Origin: Bacteroidales bacterium UBA3724
Lineage (GTDB): Bacteria; Bacteroidota; Bacteroidia; Bacteroidales; P3
Assembly (NCBI GenBank): GCA_002371315.1
Contig: DFHL01000013.1
Coordinates: 5,742-69,741 of the forward strand
Reading direction: 5' to 3'
Length of the DNA stretch: 64,000 bases
Part shown: positions 9,857 through 19,597 of the stretch, one piece after another
How positions within the stretch are numbered: position 1 is the first letter of the stretch
Layout of the letters: every line of letters begins with the position of its first letter
The notes under the pieces: generated by a model
The model's input: the letters and a program-made list of their open reading frames with translations, nothing else
What the model was told of the DNA's origin: nothing
The model's database searches: none
Program-made: the position numbers and the translations under genes

Positions 9857-10432
9857 TTACACAAGGCTGAAAACAAGCGTCTCGAAGAAGCCGAGGAACG
9901 TCGAGCTGACCGGGTCGGTGGGGTCGCCCTGCAGCGGAGAGCTGACAGTCATCGTGTTGGTGGCGGCGTCATAGACAAAATCGAGCGTGATGGTCACAGG
10001 GTCGCCGTTCGAAATCTCGTTGACGGTGCCAACCATAGTGCCGATGTTGGTGGTCTGGTCGAAAACGAAGGCAAAGTCGATGGTCATCGTCTCGCCGTCG
10101 GCAGTGACAAACACGACTTCCGTGCTGTCGAAAGCGCTGATGGACATAGCCAGCGTGTCGCCCGTCGAGTTGAAATCGAGCGAGAAAGTGGCGTTGATGG
10201 GAAGCGAAAGATCGACATTGGGGATATTGAGGCCATAGACAGAAGCGAGGTCGAGGACGGTGTCCACATTGCAGACCCACTGCGTGTTGGCAAAATTGTT
10301 GCTCTTGTTGGCCTTCAGGGCGTTGGTGTTGATTTCGATGTTCTGGTTGGCGGGTTCAACGTTCTCTTTTGAGCAGGAAGCCATACCAAGGGTAAGGAGT
10401 GCAGCAAGTGCGAAGAAAAAAGTTTTTTTCAT
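9857..10432 (-). CDS. hypothetical lipoprotein
   Basis: 191 aa. Signal peptide with lipobox (LTLGMASCSKE). No family recognised. Confidence 0.7.
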   Translation of the reverse strand: MKKTFFFALAALLTLGMASCSKENVEPANQNIEINTNALKANKSNNFANTQWVCNVDTVLDLASVYGLNIPNVDLSLPINATFSLDFNSTGDTLAMSISAFDSTEVVFVTADGETMTIDFAFVFDQTTNIGTMVGTVNEISNGDPVTITLDFVYDAATNTMTVSSPLQGDPTDPVSSTFLGFFETLVFSLV

Positions 10433-10718
10433 TTTGATTGTTTATTTAATTGTTTTGAATTTGATTTTTTTTGTTTTGCTTTTAACCCTAAAACGTATCG
10501 CGGAACCCAAAAACTACAAAATGATGAAAAAAAATTTTGAAAATATTTTCAGAAGGCTGATTTGCAGCACTAAACAGATGAAAAATTTTTTCTTCCGCCC
10601 TATGCGTCCGCGCCTTCTGGCCGCCTCGGGGCATCGCACCGCCGACGGCGACATCGCCGCCGAGCCACCTCTGCCATTTTGTCAGTCTTTGAAATCCTAT
10701 CCAAAATCCACCCATACT

Positions 10719-10855
10719 CCACTGGCGAAAAATTTGGTAAAAACAAGGTAGAACTTTGAGTGAACTTTGATAGGAAATTGGTATTGGGAATCAGGCGTTT
10801 AAAAATGCCGATTTTTGGCCGTTTTTGGCGGTTTCGAAATGTTTTTGAAACAAAA
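10719..10855 (+). repeat. dispersed intergenic element, copy 1 (11-bp-phased TTTGGTA-type heptamers)
   Basis: ccACTGGCGaaaaaTTTGGTAaaaacaaGGTAgaacTTTGAGTgaacTTTGATAggaaaTTGGTAttgggaatcag...atttttggccgtttttggcgg. Aligns with the copies at 25.1, 42.9, 51.3 and 60.0 kb. Confidence 0.8.
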
Positions 10856-10885
10856 AAAACTGACAAAATGTCAGTTAATTTTTTT
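10852..10885. terminator. bidirectional hairpin terminator
   Basis: AAAAAAAA-CTGACA-aaa-TGTCAG-TTAATTTTTTT. T-runs follow the hairpin on both strands. It lies downstream of the LptF/G-family gene. Confidence 0.5.
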
Positions 10886-11055
10886 AGGAAGGGGTTCGAT
10901 TATGATTTCCGCCCTGCCCGGAGGTGCGAGGATTAGCACTTCCCGGCGGTGCAAAACATCACAACATTTTATTTATAGCTTCTGGATGTGTCGCACCAAT
11001 GAACAAAAAGAAACAGGGTTCCGCAGGGAGAAAACAGCTCCGCTGCCGATGGCGG

Positions 11056-12417
11056 TCAGCGCTGGACGGCCTTATAGGTGAGGAATAGGCCTATGGGCAG
11101 CATCACGAAGGTGGAAATCCACATACCGATGCTTCCGAGGGCACCCTCGCGGACGGCCTTTTCGGCTATCATTCCCACTACATAATAAAGTACAAAGAAG
11201 ATAACCGATGCCACAAGGGGCACGCCCAGGCCGCCCTTGCGCACAATGGAGCCAAACGGCGCGCCGACAAGGAAGAGCACGATACAGGCAAGGCTGAGGG
11301 TCCATTTGCGGTGCCATTCGATGTAGTGGCGGTTGATGTATTCGTTCTGCGAGGTGATGACCTGGCTGTGGATGCGGATGTCGCTTTGGCTGCGCTCGGC
11401 CTTGGCTATGGCGTCGCCGCATACGCGCTTCAGGGTTTTCAGGTCGAGCGAGTCGCACAGGTCGGAGCAGTCCACGCGCTGGCTGCGCCCGGCGGCGGTG
11501 CTTGGCGGCTTGTGTCCGTCGGCATAGCACAGCGGTACCGAATTACTCAGGTTCTCACGCTGGCTGGCGACGTTGGCGTCGCGCTGCTCTTTGAGGCGGA
11601 CGATGTTCGAGTCGAGCTGGCTGGTGTTCATCATCTGGTAGCCGCCCTGGAAGATGCTTTCGTCGGTCTTGTCGAAGGCGAAGCTCGAGAGGTCGAAGGT
11701 CATCTCGTTCTTTTCGAAGCGTATGCGCGTGAAGGGTTTGGACTCGGCGCTGCTGTTGGCATCGTTTTCGCTGTAGGAGCATCCGTCGTAGAGGGTGAAG
11801 AGCAAATAGCGCTCGTCGGGGGTGGTCTGCATCGTGCCGCGGCGGGCCACGACCACGTCGGGCTGGCTCGACGAGGTGCGATGGTCGTAGATGGTGATGT
11901 CGTGCAGCGTCTTGCCGTCGGGGTCTTTCTGGTTGACGCGTATCACGAAGCCGTCGATTTCGGAATAGTATTCGCCGGGACGGATGTTGAGGGCCGGTTT
12001 CTTGCGCGTTATGTCGTAGAGGGTTGTGCGGTATTTGAGCACCGCCGACGGCATAACATAGTCGGCAAAAAGATAGGCCACCACGGTCATCATCAGCACG
12101 ATGATGCCCATCGGCATCATTGCGCGCCACAGGGGCACGCCGCCGCTTTTGATGGCCACCAGTTCGTAGTGCTCGCCGAGGTTGCCCATCGTCATTATCG
12201 AGGCGAAGAGGACGGCAATGGGCATAGCCATAGGCACAAAGGTGGCCGAGGCGTCGAGCAGCAGCTCGGCGATGATGCCCACCGAAAGGCCCTTGCCGGC
12301 AATGTCGTCGACATACTTCCAGATGAACTGCATCAGCAGGACAAAGACGGCGATGACGAAAGTGAGGACCAGCGGCCCCACATAGGATTTCACTATCAGT
12401 TTGTCGAGTTTCTTCAT
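11056..12417 (-). CDS. LptF/LptG-family LPS export permease
   Basis: 453 aa. N-terminus KLDKLIVKSYVGPLVLTFVIAVFVLLMQFIWKYVDDIAGKGL is typical of the YjgP/YjgQ family. Periplasmic middle domain and C-terminal TM helices. Confidence 0.88.
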   Translation of the reverse strand: MKKLDKLIVKSYVGPLVLTFVIAVFVLLMQFIWKYVDDIAGKGLSVGIIAELLLDASATFVPMAMPIAVLFASIMTMGNLGEHYELVAIKSGGVPLWRAMMPMGIIVLMMTVVAYLFADYVMPSAVLKYRTTLYDITRKKPALNIRPGEYYSEIDGFVIRVNQKDPDGKTLHDITIYDHRTSSSQPDVVVARRGTMQTTPDERYLLFTLYDGCSYSENDANSSAESKPFTRIRFEKNEMTFDLSSFAFDKTDESIFQGGYQMMNTSQLDSNIVRLKEQRDANVASQRENLSNSVPLCYADGHKPPSTAAGRSQRVDCSDLCDSLDLKTLKRVCGDAIAKAERSQSDIRIHSQVITSQNEYINRHYIEWHRKWTLSLACIVLFLVGAPFGSIVRKGGLGVPLVASVIFFVLYYVVGMIAEKAVREGALGSIGMWISTFVMLPIGLFLTYKAVQR

Positions 12418-12486
12418 CTGTTGTGCAGTTTTAGTGCCGAGGCCGGCAGCGGCGACGGGCAGCGCCGGCCTCGAGTCAACATATTG

Positions 12487-13941
12487 TCAGAATCCCAGCC
12501 AGCGCAATATGTCGTTGCCGTTGGCCACAACGAGAAGTGCCAGGAGCAGGAACATACCGATGGTCTGCGACACTTCGAGGAATTTCTCGCTCGGCTTGCG
12601 GCGGGTTATGATTTCCCACAGCGTGAAGAGGATGTGGCCGCCGTCGAGACCGGGGATGGGGATGACGTTCATAAAGGCCAGGATCAGGGCCAGCAGGGCC
12701 GTGATGTTCCAGAACGAATACCAGTCCCAATGCGAGGGGAAGAGGCCGCCGAGGGTGCCGAAACCGCCGAGGCCCTTGTAGCCGTCCTTGGTGAAGAGGA
12801 TGCGCAACGAGCGGGCATAGGTGGTCATCTGTTCCCAGCCGTAGCTGATGCCCACGGGGATGGCCTGGAAGAAGGTGTAGTCGGTGTGGACGCACTCGAA
12901 GAGGTCGCGGAAGTCGGCCAGGTAGACACCGATCTTGCCTTTGCCGTCGATTTCGACCTGGACGCTGTCGAGCTGGCCGTTGCGCCACAGGCCAATAGTG
13001 GCGGTGGTGTTCTTGAGTTCGGCAAGGCGGGCCGAGATCTCGGTAAAGCAGGCCATCGGCTCGCCGTTGATGCTGACCACGCTGTCGCCTATCTGCATAC
13101 CACCGCGTTTGGCGCGCGAGCCGGGGCCGAAGTCCTTGACAACGAACGGGGCGCGGACGGAGAAGAGCAGATTGGTGTCGCGCGGTTCAATCTTGGTCAG
13201 CAGGTCGCCCGATATGGGCAGGTCGACGCGCACGACGGTGTCGCGGCAAGAGGTGGACAGGGTGCTGTCGGGGCCGTAGACGGTGTCGACGATGCTGGTG
13301 TGGCGCATAACCGAGACGACGTTGGGACGGTCGAGCAACAGCTTGTGCTGGGTCTTGACGATATCGGTCATTTCCTCGCCGTCGATGGCACAGATGATGT
13401 CGCCCGACTGGAAGCCTTCGCTCACCAGCACGGGGTGATAGTCGTAGCCCAGTTTGGCATTCTGGAGCGGCAGGTCGTTTTTGCCCCAGTGGGCGAAGAT
13501 GCAGCTGTAGAGGAGCAGGGCCGAGAGGAAGTTGACCAGCACGCCGCCGCTGATGATGCAGAGGCGCTGCCAGGCGGGTTTGGAGCGGTACTCCCACGAT
13601 TGCGGTTCGCTCTCGAGGTCGTCGGCGCCCTTGGTCTCGTCGATCATTCCGGCAATGTCGCAATAGCCGCCGAGCGGAATCCAGCCGATGCCCCACAGGG
13701 TGTTGTCCTGGTCTTCGGGGGCGAGGTTTTTCTCGTCCCACTCGTCGGGTGTCTTGTCGTTAAAGAAAAGGAAGTGCCATTTGCCGCCGAACTTCTTGGC
13801 TTTCAGGATAGAGAACTTCCAGTTGAAGAAGATGTAGAAGCGGCGGACGCGCGTTTTGAACAGGCGGGCAAAGAGGTAGTGTCCAAGCTCGTGTGTCAGC
13901 ACGAGCAGAGTGAGGCTGAGTATAAGAGCCAGTATTTTCAT
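12487..13941 (-). CDS. rseP: RIP (site-2) zinc metalloprotease RseP
   Basis: 484 aa. HELGH motif in the first TM region, central PDZ-like segments, C-terminal PIPGLDGG motif. Confidence 0.9.
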   Translation of the reverse strand: MKILALILSLTLLVLTHELGHYLFARLFKTRVRRFYIFFNWKFSILKAKKFGGKWHFLFFNDKTPDEWDEKNLAPEDQDNTLWGIGWIPLGGYCDIAGMIDETKGADDLESEPQSWEYRSKPAWQRLCIISGGVLVNFLSALLLYSCIFAHWGKNDLPLQNAKLGYDYHPVLVSEGFQSGDIICAIDGEEMTDIVKTQHKLLLDRPNVVSVMRHTSIVDTVYGPDSTLSTSCRDTVVRVDLPISGDLLTKIEPRDTNLLFSVRAPFVVKDFGPGSRAKRGGMQIGDSVVSINGEPMACFTEISARLAELKNTTATIGLWRNGQLDSVQVEIDGKGKIGVYLADFRDLFECVHTDYTFFQAIPVGISYGWEQMTTYARSLRILFTKDGYKGLGGFGTLGGLFPSHWDWYSFWNITALLALILAFMNVIPIPGLDGGHILFTLWEIITRRKPSEKFLEVSQTIGMFLLLALLVVANGNDILRWLGF

Positions 13942-13948
13942 TTCTAAA

Positions 13949-15100
13949 CTATTTGTTCATCAATTCTTTACGGACTTCGGCATCGCATTCAAGGAGCTGG
14001 TCGAAAGTCGGTTTTGCAATAAAATGGGCGCGCTCGACAGCATCGGCCACATAGTCGGCGATGTCGAGGAACCGCAGCTTGCCGTCGATGAAGCGCTGCA
14101 CAGCCACTTCGTTGGCGGCATTGAGGACGCAGGGGATATTGCCGCCGCGCTCTATGGCCTTGTAGGCCAAGGGGAGGCAGCGGAACGTTTCGGTGTCGGG
14201 ACGCAGGAAGGTCAGCTCGGGATGCTCCCAGAAGCTGAAGCGCGGCAGGTGGCTTTCGATGCGGTGGGGATAGGAAAGGGCGTACTGGATGGGCGTTTCC
14301 ATCGTCGGCGTGCCTATCTGGGCCTTGATGGAGCCATCCTCGAACTGCACCATAGAATGGACGATGCTCTGCGGATGGACAAGCACTTCGATGCGTCCGG
14401 TATCGACACCGAACAGCCATTTGGCCTCAATGACTTCAAGCCCTTTGTTCATCAGGCTGGCAGAATCGATGGTCACCTTGCGGCCCATATTCCAATTGGG
14501 GTGACGCAGCACCTCGGCAAGGCTGACTGTGGCCAGCTGGTCGCGGCTGCGGCCCAGCAGCGGCCCGCCCGAGGCGGTGAGCAGTATCTTGTCGATGCGG
14601 TTTTGCATCTCGCCCTGCAGGGTCTGGAAGATGGCCGAATGCTCGGAATCGACAGGCAGGATGGCGGCACCGTGGCGACGCGCCTCGGCGGTGACAATCT
14701 CGCCGGCGACGACCATAGTCTCCTTGTTGGCCAGGGCGATTGTTTTGCCTGCTTCGATGGCGCGCATTGTCGGCTTCAGGCCGGCAAAACCCACGATGGC
14801 GGCGACGACGATGTCGACGCAGTCCATTGCAACGGCATCGCACACCGAGCCCTCGCCGGCGAAGACCTTGACATCGGTGGCTTTGAGGGCCTCGCTGACT
14901 TCGGAATATTTGGCCTTGTCGGCGATGACCACCATATTGGGCTTAAATTCCAATGCTTGCTCTATCAGCAGGCTGGCATTGGAACCAGCCACAAGCACTT
15001 CGGCTTCGAAGAGGTCGGGATGACGACGTATGACGTTCAGCGTCTGGGTACCTATGGACCCGGTTGATCCTAATATTGCTATATGTTTCTTTCCGTTCAT
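13949..15100 (-). CDS. dxr: 1-deoxy-D-xylulose-5-phosphate reductoisomerase
   Basis: 383 aa. ILGSTGSIGTQTL NADPH-binding N-terminus, LANKE and PVDSEHSAIFQ motifs. Confidence 0.95.
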   Translation of the reverse strand: MNGKKHIAILGSTGSIGTQTLNVIRRHPDLFEAEVLVAGSNASLLIEQALEFKPNMVVIADKAKYSEVSEALKATDVKVFAGEGSVCDAVAMDCVDIVVAAIVGFAGLKPTMRAIEAGKTIALANKETMVVAGEIVTAEARRHGAAILPVDSEHSAIFQTLQGEMQNRIDKILLTASGGPLLGRSRDQLATVSLAEVLRHPNWNMGRKVTIDSASLMNKGLEVIEAKWLFGVDTGRIEVLVHPQSIVHSMVQFEDGSIKAQIGTPTMETPIQYALSYPHRIESHLPRFSFWEHPELTFLRPDTETFRCLPLAYKAIERGGNIPCVLNAANEVAVQRFIDGKLRFLDIADYVADAVERAHFIAKPTFDQLLECDAEVRKELMNK

Positions 15101-15621
15101 TTGTTTTTGCTCTCCCTCGATTCCACTTCTTCGCGCAGCAGGCTGTCGGCCTTGGACTTGACGTAAGGCGTAGGCTGCACCTTGACGCTGTCGCTGCGAC
15201 GCTGCTCGACGGCGTGGCGTTCGGCAGGGTCTTTGCCTAACATTATATATTGTATGTCGGCAAGCATTTCTTCCTGATTCTTGAGCTCGGTTTCGAGCGA
15301 ATCGATGATACGAGCGTTTTCGTATGTCTGCTCCACCATACCCGTGTTGGCATAGCCCGGTATGAGCTCGCGCAGCGGAGTGAAGGCAAGCAGCAGGGCA
15401 GTAAGGAAAATCAGCACCAGCGACGTTATGCCAAGGAAGACGAAGATGTTGATGCCCGACAGTTGGAACGATATCTTTTCTTTATAGGTATCGGTGTCGA
15501 GAACGACAAAGCGATGCTTGTGTTTCACAAGGTCGCCTATCGTGTGGCGCCCGTTCCAGAGACGCTGGAAGAAGCGCTTAACACCTGCAAAGAAGCTTGA
15601 TATCTTTCCCTTTACCGACAT
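15097..15621 (-). CDS. hypothetical single-pass membrane protein
   Basis: 174 aa with one TM helix (INIFVFLGITSLVLIFLTALLLAF) and a coiled-coil tail. 4-nt overlap with dxr. Confidence 0.6.
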   Translation of the reverse strand: MSVKGKISSFFAGVKRFFQRLWNGRHTIGDLVKHKHRFVVLDTDTYKEKISFQLSGINIFVFLGITSLVLIFLTALLLAFTPLRELIPGYANTGMVEQTYENARIIDSLETELKNQEEMLADIQYIMLGKDPAERHAVEQRRSDSVKVQPTPYVKSKADSLLREEVESRESKNK

Positions 15622-15718
15622 ACTTGTTCAGTCAAAAAAAGCGGTGCTTCGATCTCCACCTCCGCACCGCCTTGTTTTACGTTTGTCAAATACGCTGTCT
15701 CAAACGCTGTCGCTATGT

Positions 15719-17848
15719 TTAGAGGTACATAAGCCTGTTGTCGACAATCTTGATACGGCTCTGCAGCACAGGGATAATGTAGTTGAGACCATTCATACCT
15801 GCATTCTGGTATCTTTGGCGGATGCCCTCTGCATCGGCGGCCTCGACCTTGTTGTTGCTGTCGACGCTGATGACATATACGCCATTGGCACCCTGGATGG
15901 GTCCGATGATGCCGGTGTCGTTCTTGGCAGCGATGGCCGAAGTGGCTTTAGGTTCCATACCGTTGCGGCCAAGATAGCCACCGAAGGCCACATCGGCAAC
16001 TGTGTCTACGCTGACATTCAGCTTGGCAGCGATGGCGTTGATGTCATTGCTACCCTTGATGGCCTCGGCAGCCTTGGCAGCGAGCTGCTCGCCAAGTTTC
16101 TCGAGGCGCACACGGTCCTCGATAAGGGGACGTGCCTGGTCGAGGGTCAGCTGGTTGGGGACATAGATTTCGCGAAGTCCGACAACAATATAGCTGTAGT
16201 CCGAATTGTAGATTTCGCCACTTACGGCACCCGACTGGGTCTTTTCATTGAAGGCCCAGCGGACAGCGTCGCGGGTATTGGAGAATCCCGTCAGCGAGTC
16301 GCTCATCGAAATAAGCAGGGCACTGCGCATCTGAACGTTCTGCGACTGGGCTCCGTCGATCATAGCCTGGCAAGTCGAGAACTGGCTTGCAAACTGGTTG
16401 GCACGGTCGCGGACATCCTTCTCGGTATCGGTGCTGGGAGTGATGACTTTCTGGGCCAGAGCGACACGGTATTTCATCTTGGCAGCGGTTTTGCCGGTCA
16501 CCTTGACGATAAAGTAGCCTGCATTGTTGGGAAGTTCCTTCTCAAAGACTTCGCCGACATTGTGATGGACGATATCCTCGTTCAAAATGCCAAAGGCGCC
16601 ATCGGGTTGCCAGTTCTGGTCGCCAGCATTGGTGGTGTCGATCGAGAAAGCGGCAACAGCAGCCTCAAACGGCATTCCGGCCTTGATGCTTGCCATAGCG
16701 CTGTCGCGCAGATGGGCGGCCTGTTCAGGGGTACGGGTAATGCTCTGATGATAGTTCTGCGAGGGGATAAGGATCATCGATATGCGCAGGCTGTCGGGAC
16801 GCATCTCGGTCTTCAGCACCTTGCCCATAACATATTCGCCATAAGTGTGACGGTTGTATCCGTCCTTGGTCAGGTTCTGCACAACGATGGGAGCAATCTC
16901 GGCACCGGCGTGCGAAGCCTTGACAATCGAGTCGAGCGGAGCGGCAAAGATGTCGCTGCTGACGAACATCGAGTCATAGCCACCGTGCATATTGACGAAG
17001 TCGATGACGCTGTTTTCGTCCATCTGCTGCATTTCGCCCCACCATTCGGCAACTTCGCTCTCAAGCTCGGCAATGTCGTTCTGCGAAGGCTGAGCGGTAA
17101 AGACGGCATAAGCCACCTCGCGCTGCTCGCGGTTGTCCAAGCCGAAGACGCTGCGGTTCAGCTCTTTCTTATGAGTGTCAAAATACTTCTGATAGTCGGC
17201 ATCTGTCAGGTCGACCTGAACATCGGCAGCCTGTGAATAGAGCAGGCCGGCAACGCGGACATCCGAATGCTTGCTGCCCATCTCCGAAATCTTGTTGGCG
17301 AGGGTCTTGGGCATATACATACCGTTTTGCAGCAGGGATATATATTTGGTTCTCTGACGGTCCTGACGCACCTGCTCCTGGAATTTGAGCCACTGGATCT
17401 TTGCCTCCATCGTGTCGGGCATAGTCTCAATCTGGCGCACATAATTGCTGATGCCCTGACGGTCGTAGGCTCCAGTCTGAGGGTTGGTAAACTGCTGCTG
17501 CAGCGAGGGATGGATGAAGCGACCGACATACATATCGCTAACTTCCGCATCGGTGACCACCACGCCAAGCGCCGTCATTTCCTTGTCAAGCAGACGCTCC
17601 TGAACGATCTCCTGCCACACATTCTCTTTGAAGGCATAGCTGCTGTTGCCACGCATATTGTAGTCTTGCTCGCGCTGCATAAGACGGTCGCTGAAGTACT
17701 TGTAGGTCACTTCCTCGCCATCCAGCTTGGCAAAAGCCTCCTGGTTACGGTTCTTCTGAAGGTCGCCGATAATGAATGCAATGATAGCAATACCCACAAT
17801 GGTAACTGCTATCCACGAATGTTTTCTAATGTTTCCAATAATTCCCAT
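15719..17848 (-). CDS. PpiD-like periplasmic chaperone / peptidylprolyl isomerase
   Basis: 709 aa. N-terminal anchor MGIIGNIRKHSWIAVTIVGIAIIAFIIGD is typical of PpiD/SurA-N proteins. Confidence 0.85.
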   Translation of the reverse strand: MGIIGNIRKHSWIAVTIVGIAIIAFIIGDLQKNRNQEAFAKLDGEEVTYKYFSDRLMQREQDYNMRGNSSYAFKENVWQEIVQERLLDKEMTALGVVVTDAEVSDMYVGRFIHPSLQQQFTNPQTGAYDRQGISNYVRQIETMPDTMEAKIQWLKFQEQVRQDRQRTKYISLLQNGMYMPKTLANKISEMGSKHSDVRVAGLLYSQAADVQVDLTDADYQKYFDTHKKELNRSVFGLDNREQREVAYAVFTAQPSQNDIAELESEVAEWWGEMQQMDENSVIDFVNMHGGYDSMFVSSDIFAAPLDSIVKASHAGAEIAPIVVQNLTKDGYNRHTYGEYVMGKVLKTEMRPDSLRISMILIPSQNYHQSITRTPEQAAHLRDSAMASIKAGMPFEAAVAAFSIDTTNAGDQNWQPDGAFGILNEDIVHHNVGEVFEKELPNNAGYFIVKVTGKTAAKMKYRVALAQKVITPSTDTEKDVRDRANQFASQFSTCQAMIDGAQSQNVQMRSALLISMSDSLTGFSNTRDAVRWAFNEKTQSGAVSGEIYNSDYSYIVVGLREIYVPNQLTLDQARPLIEDRVRLEKLGEQLAAKAAEAIKGSNDINAIAAKLNVSVDTVADVAFGGYLGRNGMEPKATSAIAAKNDTGIIGPIQGANGVYVISVDSNNKVEAADAEGIRQRYQNAGMNGLNYIIPVLQSRIKIVDNRLMYL

Positions 17849-18023
17849 TTGTTATTGTTTTTTTATAAATTTACATAGTTATAAAGAGACACAATATGCC
17901 TCGAACAAGTTTGCAAAAGTACAAAGAAAAATCAGTATGACAAACTTTTGTGCGAAAACTTTTTGCCATTCTGCCTATTTAACATTGGATTTCAATCTTT
18001 TAAGCAAAACAAAATCCATTGCC

Positions 18024-18488
18024 TCACATCGAAAAAATAAAGGGCAAAAGCGATTCGACGCCTTCGAATACTAATATTTTGTCGGCTGAATAATAGCACA
18101 AAACACGCAATTTGCTCTCCTGCCTGCTCTCCTGCTCGGCCATCACCTGACGGCAGGCTCCGCAGGGGCTGGCGGCCGTCAGCACACCCTCAGGATTGCG
18201 GCCCACTATGGCCAGCATCTCAATTGCAACGCCCGGATGCTGTGCCGATGCCGCAAAAAGTGCTGTGCGCTCGGCGCAAAGGCCGCTGGGATAGGCTATG
18301 TTCTCCTGATTGCTGCCTTTGACAATGGTGCCGTCGGCCAGGCGCAAAGCCGCGCCGACGTGGAAGTTGGAATAGGGGGCATAGGCCGTGTCCGTCGCCT
18401 CGATGGCGGCATCAATCAGGGCGCGGTCGGCAGCGGCAAGCTCGTTCAGGGTATACTCTTGATAATGTATAGTTTGTGTTCTTTCCAT
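18024..18488 (-). CDS. cdd: cytidine deaminase
   Basis: 154 aa with zinc motifs CAERTALF and PCGACRQ. Confidence 0.92.
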   Translation of the reverse strand: MERTQTIHYQEYTLNELAAADRALIDAAIEATDTAYAPYSNFHVGAALRLADGTIVKGSNQENIAYPSGLCAERTALFAASAQHPGVAIEMLAIVGRNPEGVLTAASPCGACRQVMAEQESRQESKLRVLCYYSADKILVFEGVESLLPFIFSM

Positions 18489-18505
18489 AATTTTTACTAT
18501 CTTTG
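18473..18505 (+). promoter_or_regulatory. Bacteroidetes-type promoter (-33 TTTG / -7 TAnnTTTG) for the dus gene
   Basis: TTTG (18473-18476), 21-nt spacer, TATCTTTG (18498-18505). It lies 43 nt upstream of the ATG. Confidence 0.5.
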
Positions 18506-18547
18506 CATCTGTTTCCGCTTAACGCAAAACGACGCAAAATATTGTAG

Positions 18548-19525
18548 ATGGCAAAAATAGGCAACATAGAACTGGGCGAATTCCCGCTGTTTCTGTCGCC
18601 GATGGACGACATAACCGACCTCCCATTCCGGCAGCTCTGCAAGCGGCACGGGGCCGACGTGCTCATCAGCGAGTTCATCGCCAGCGAGGCCCTGATCCGC
18701 GATGCCGAAAAGAGCCGCCGCAAGATGCTCTTTGCCGAATTCGAAAGGCCCATCGGCATACAGGTGTTCGGCAACGACGAGAACTCGCTTCTGCGCTGCA
18801 TCGATGTGGTAGCCGACGCCCGACCCGACTTCATCGACATCAACTGGGGCTGCCCCGTGCGCAAAGTGGCTGGCAAAGGTGCCGGCTCGGGAATGCTGAA
18901 AGAGCCTGAAAAACTGATAGCTATCACCGCAGCACTCGTCAAGCGCTCGCCCCTGCCCGTCACCGTCAAGACGCGCTTGGGCTACGACGAAAACAGCAAG
19001 ATTATCGTCACCCTTGCCGAGCAGCTGCAGGACGTCGGCATCGCCGCCATCAGCATCCACGGCCGCACCAAGTCGCAAATGTACCGCGGCGAGGCCGACT
19101 GGACGCTCATCGGCGAAACCAAAGCCAACCCGCGCCTGCACATACCCGTCTTCGGCAACGGCGACATCACCACACCGCAGCAGGCCCTCGAGGCACGCCA
19201 ACGCTACGGCGTCGACGGCATCCTCATTGGCCGCGCCGCCATCGGCAACCCCTGGTTTTTCGAACAGACTAAAGAACTGATGCAATCGGAAAATTCCTCT
19301 CCGCTTTCCGTTGCCTCCCGTGTCGCCGTCTGCCGCGAGCACCTACTTGCCGCCGTCGACTTCAAGGGCGAGCGCCAGGCCATCTTCGAAATGCGCAAGC
19401 ACTACGGTGCCTACTTCCGCGGCCTCTTCGACTTCAAGCGCTTCCGCATCCCTCTGGTCAGCGTCACCACCCTCGACGAGGTGCAGGCCATCCTCGACCA
19501 GATTGATGCACATTACACAGAGTAA
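18548..19525 (+). CDS. dusB: tRNA-dihydrouridine synthase
   Basis: 325 aa. LSPMDDITDLPFRQLC, INWGCP and HGRT motifs of the Dus family. Confidence 0.92.
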   Translation: MAKIGNIELGEFPLFLSPMDDITDLPFRQLCKRHGADVLISEFIASEALIRDAEKSRRKMLFAEFERPIGIQVFGNDENSLLRCIDVVADARPDFIDINWGCPVRKVAGKGAGSGMLKEPEKLIAITAALVKRSPLPVTVKTRLGYDENSKIIVTLAEQLQDVGIAAISIHGRTKSQMYRGEADWTLIGETKANPRLHIPVFGNGDITTPQQALEARQRYGVDGILIGRAAIGNPWFFEQTKELMQSENSSPLSVASRVAVCREHLLAAVDFKGERQAIFEMRKHYGAYFRGLFDFKRFRIPLVSVTTLDEVQAILDQIDAHYTE

Positions 19526-19544
19526 CAAGAATCTACAAAATAAA

Positions 19545-19573
19545 AGAACCCCAGACTTGCCGTGTAGGGTTCT
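19545..19573. terminator. hairpin terminator between convergent genes
   Basis: AGAACCC-N15-GGGTTCT. On the minus strand it is followed by TTTTATTTT (OMP gene). Confidence 0.55.
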
Positions 19574-19597
19574 CTCGTTACTGTATGTTCGTTTCTT

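Noticed and set aside
10600-10866. ORFs of 81-148 aa run antisense through every copy of the dispersed element (10600-10866, 25041-25325, 42758-43204, 51171-51416, 59740-60186). They give look-alike peptides (…FLPNSTQVLTKFLPNFTPVEDGQ… / …FLSKFTQSSTLFLPNFSPVEYGW…), which suggested a small conserved protein family.
   Set aside because: The similarity comes from an 11-bp (non-triplet) DNA repeat. The reading frame across the conserved core differs between copies: copy 5 reads VPNTYQSSPK where copy 4 reads GTKYLPKFTQSP from the same nucleotides. Differences are not biased to third codon positions. Starts, ends and lengths are unrelated. This is DNA-level conservation, not coding.
11311-13947. Very long ORFs lie opposite well-supported genes. 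Examples are the 878-aa ORF at 11311-13947 (+), and the ORFs at 4549-5847, 15494-17236, 23459-24715, 22014-23363, 28300-29196 and 54974-56155.
   Set aside because: They are shadow frames of relatively GC-rich genes whose own products have clear family motifs (LptF/G, RseP, Hdr, PpiD, AONS, ThrC-like, LysC, GNAT). The translations are low-complexity, rich in A, G, V, R and H, with no recognisable domains.
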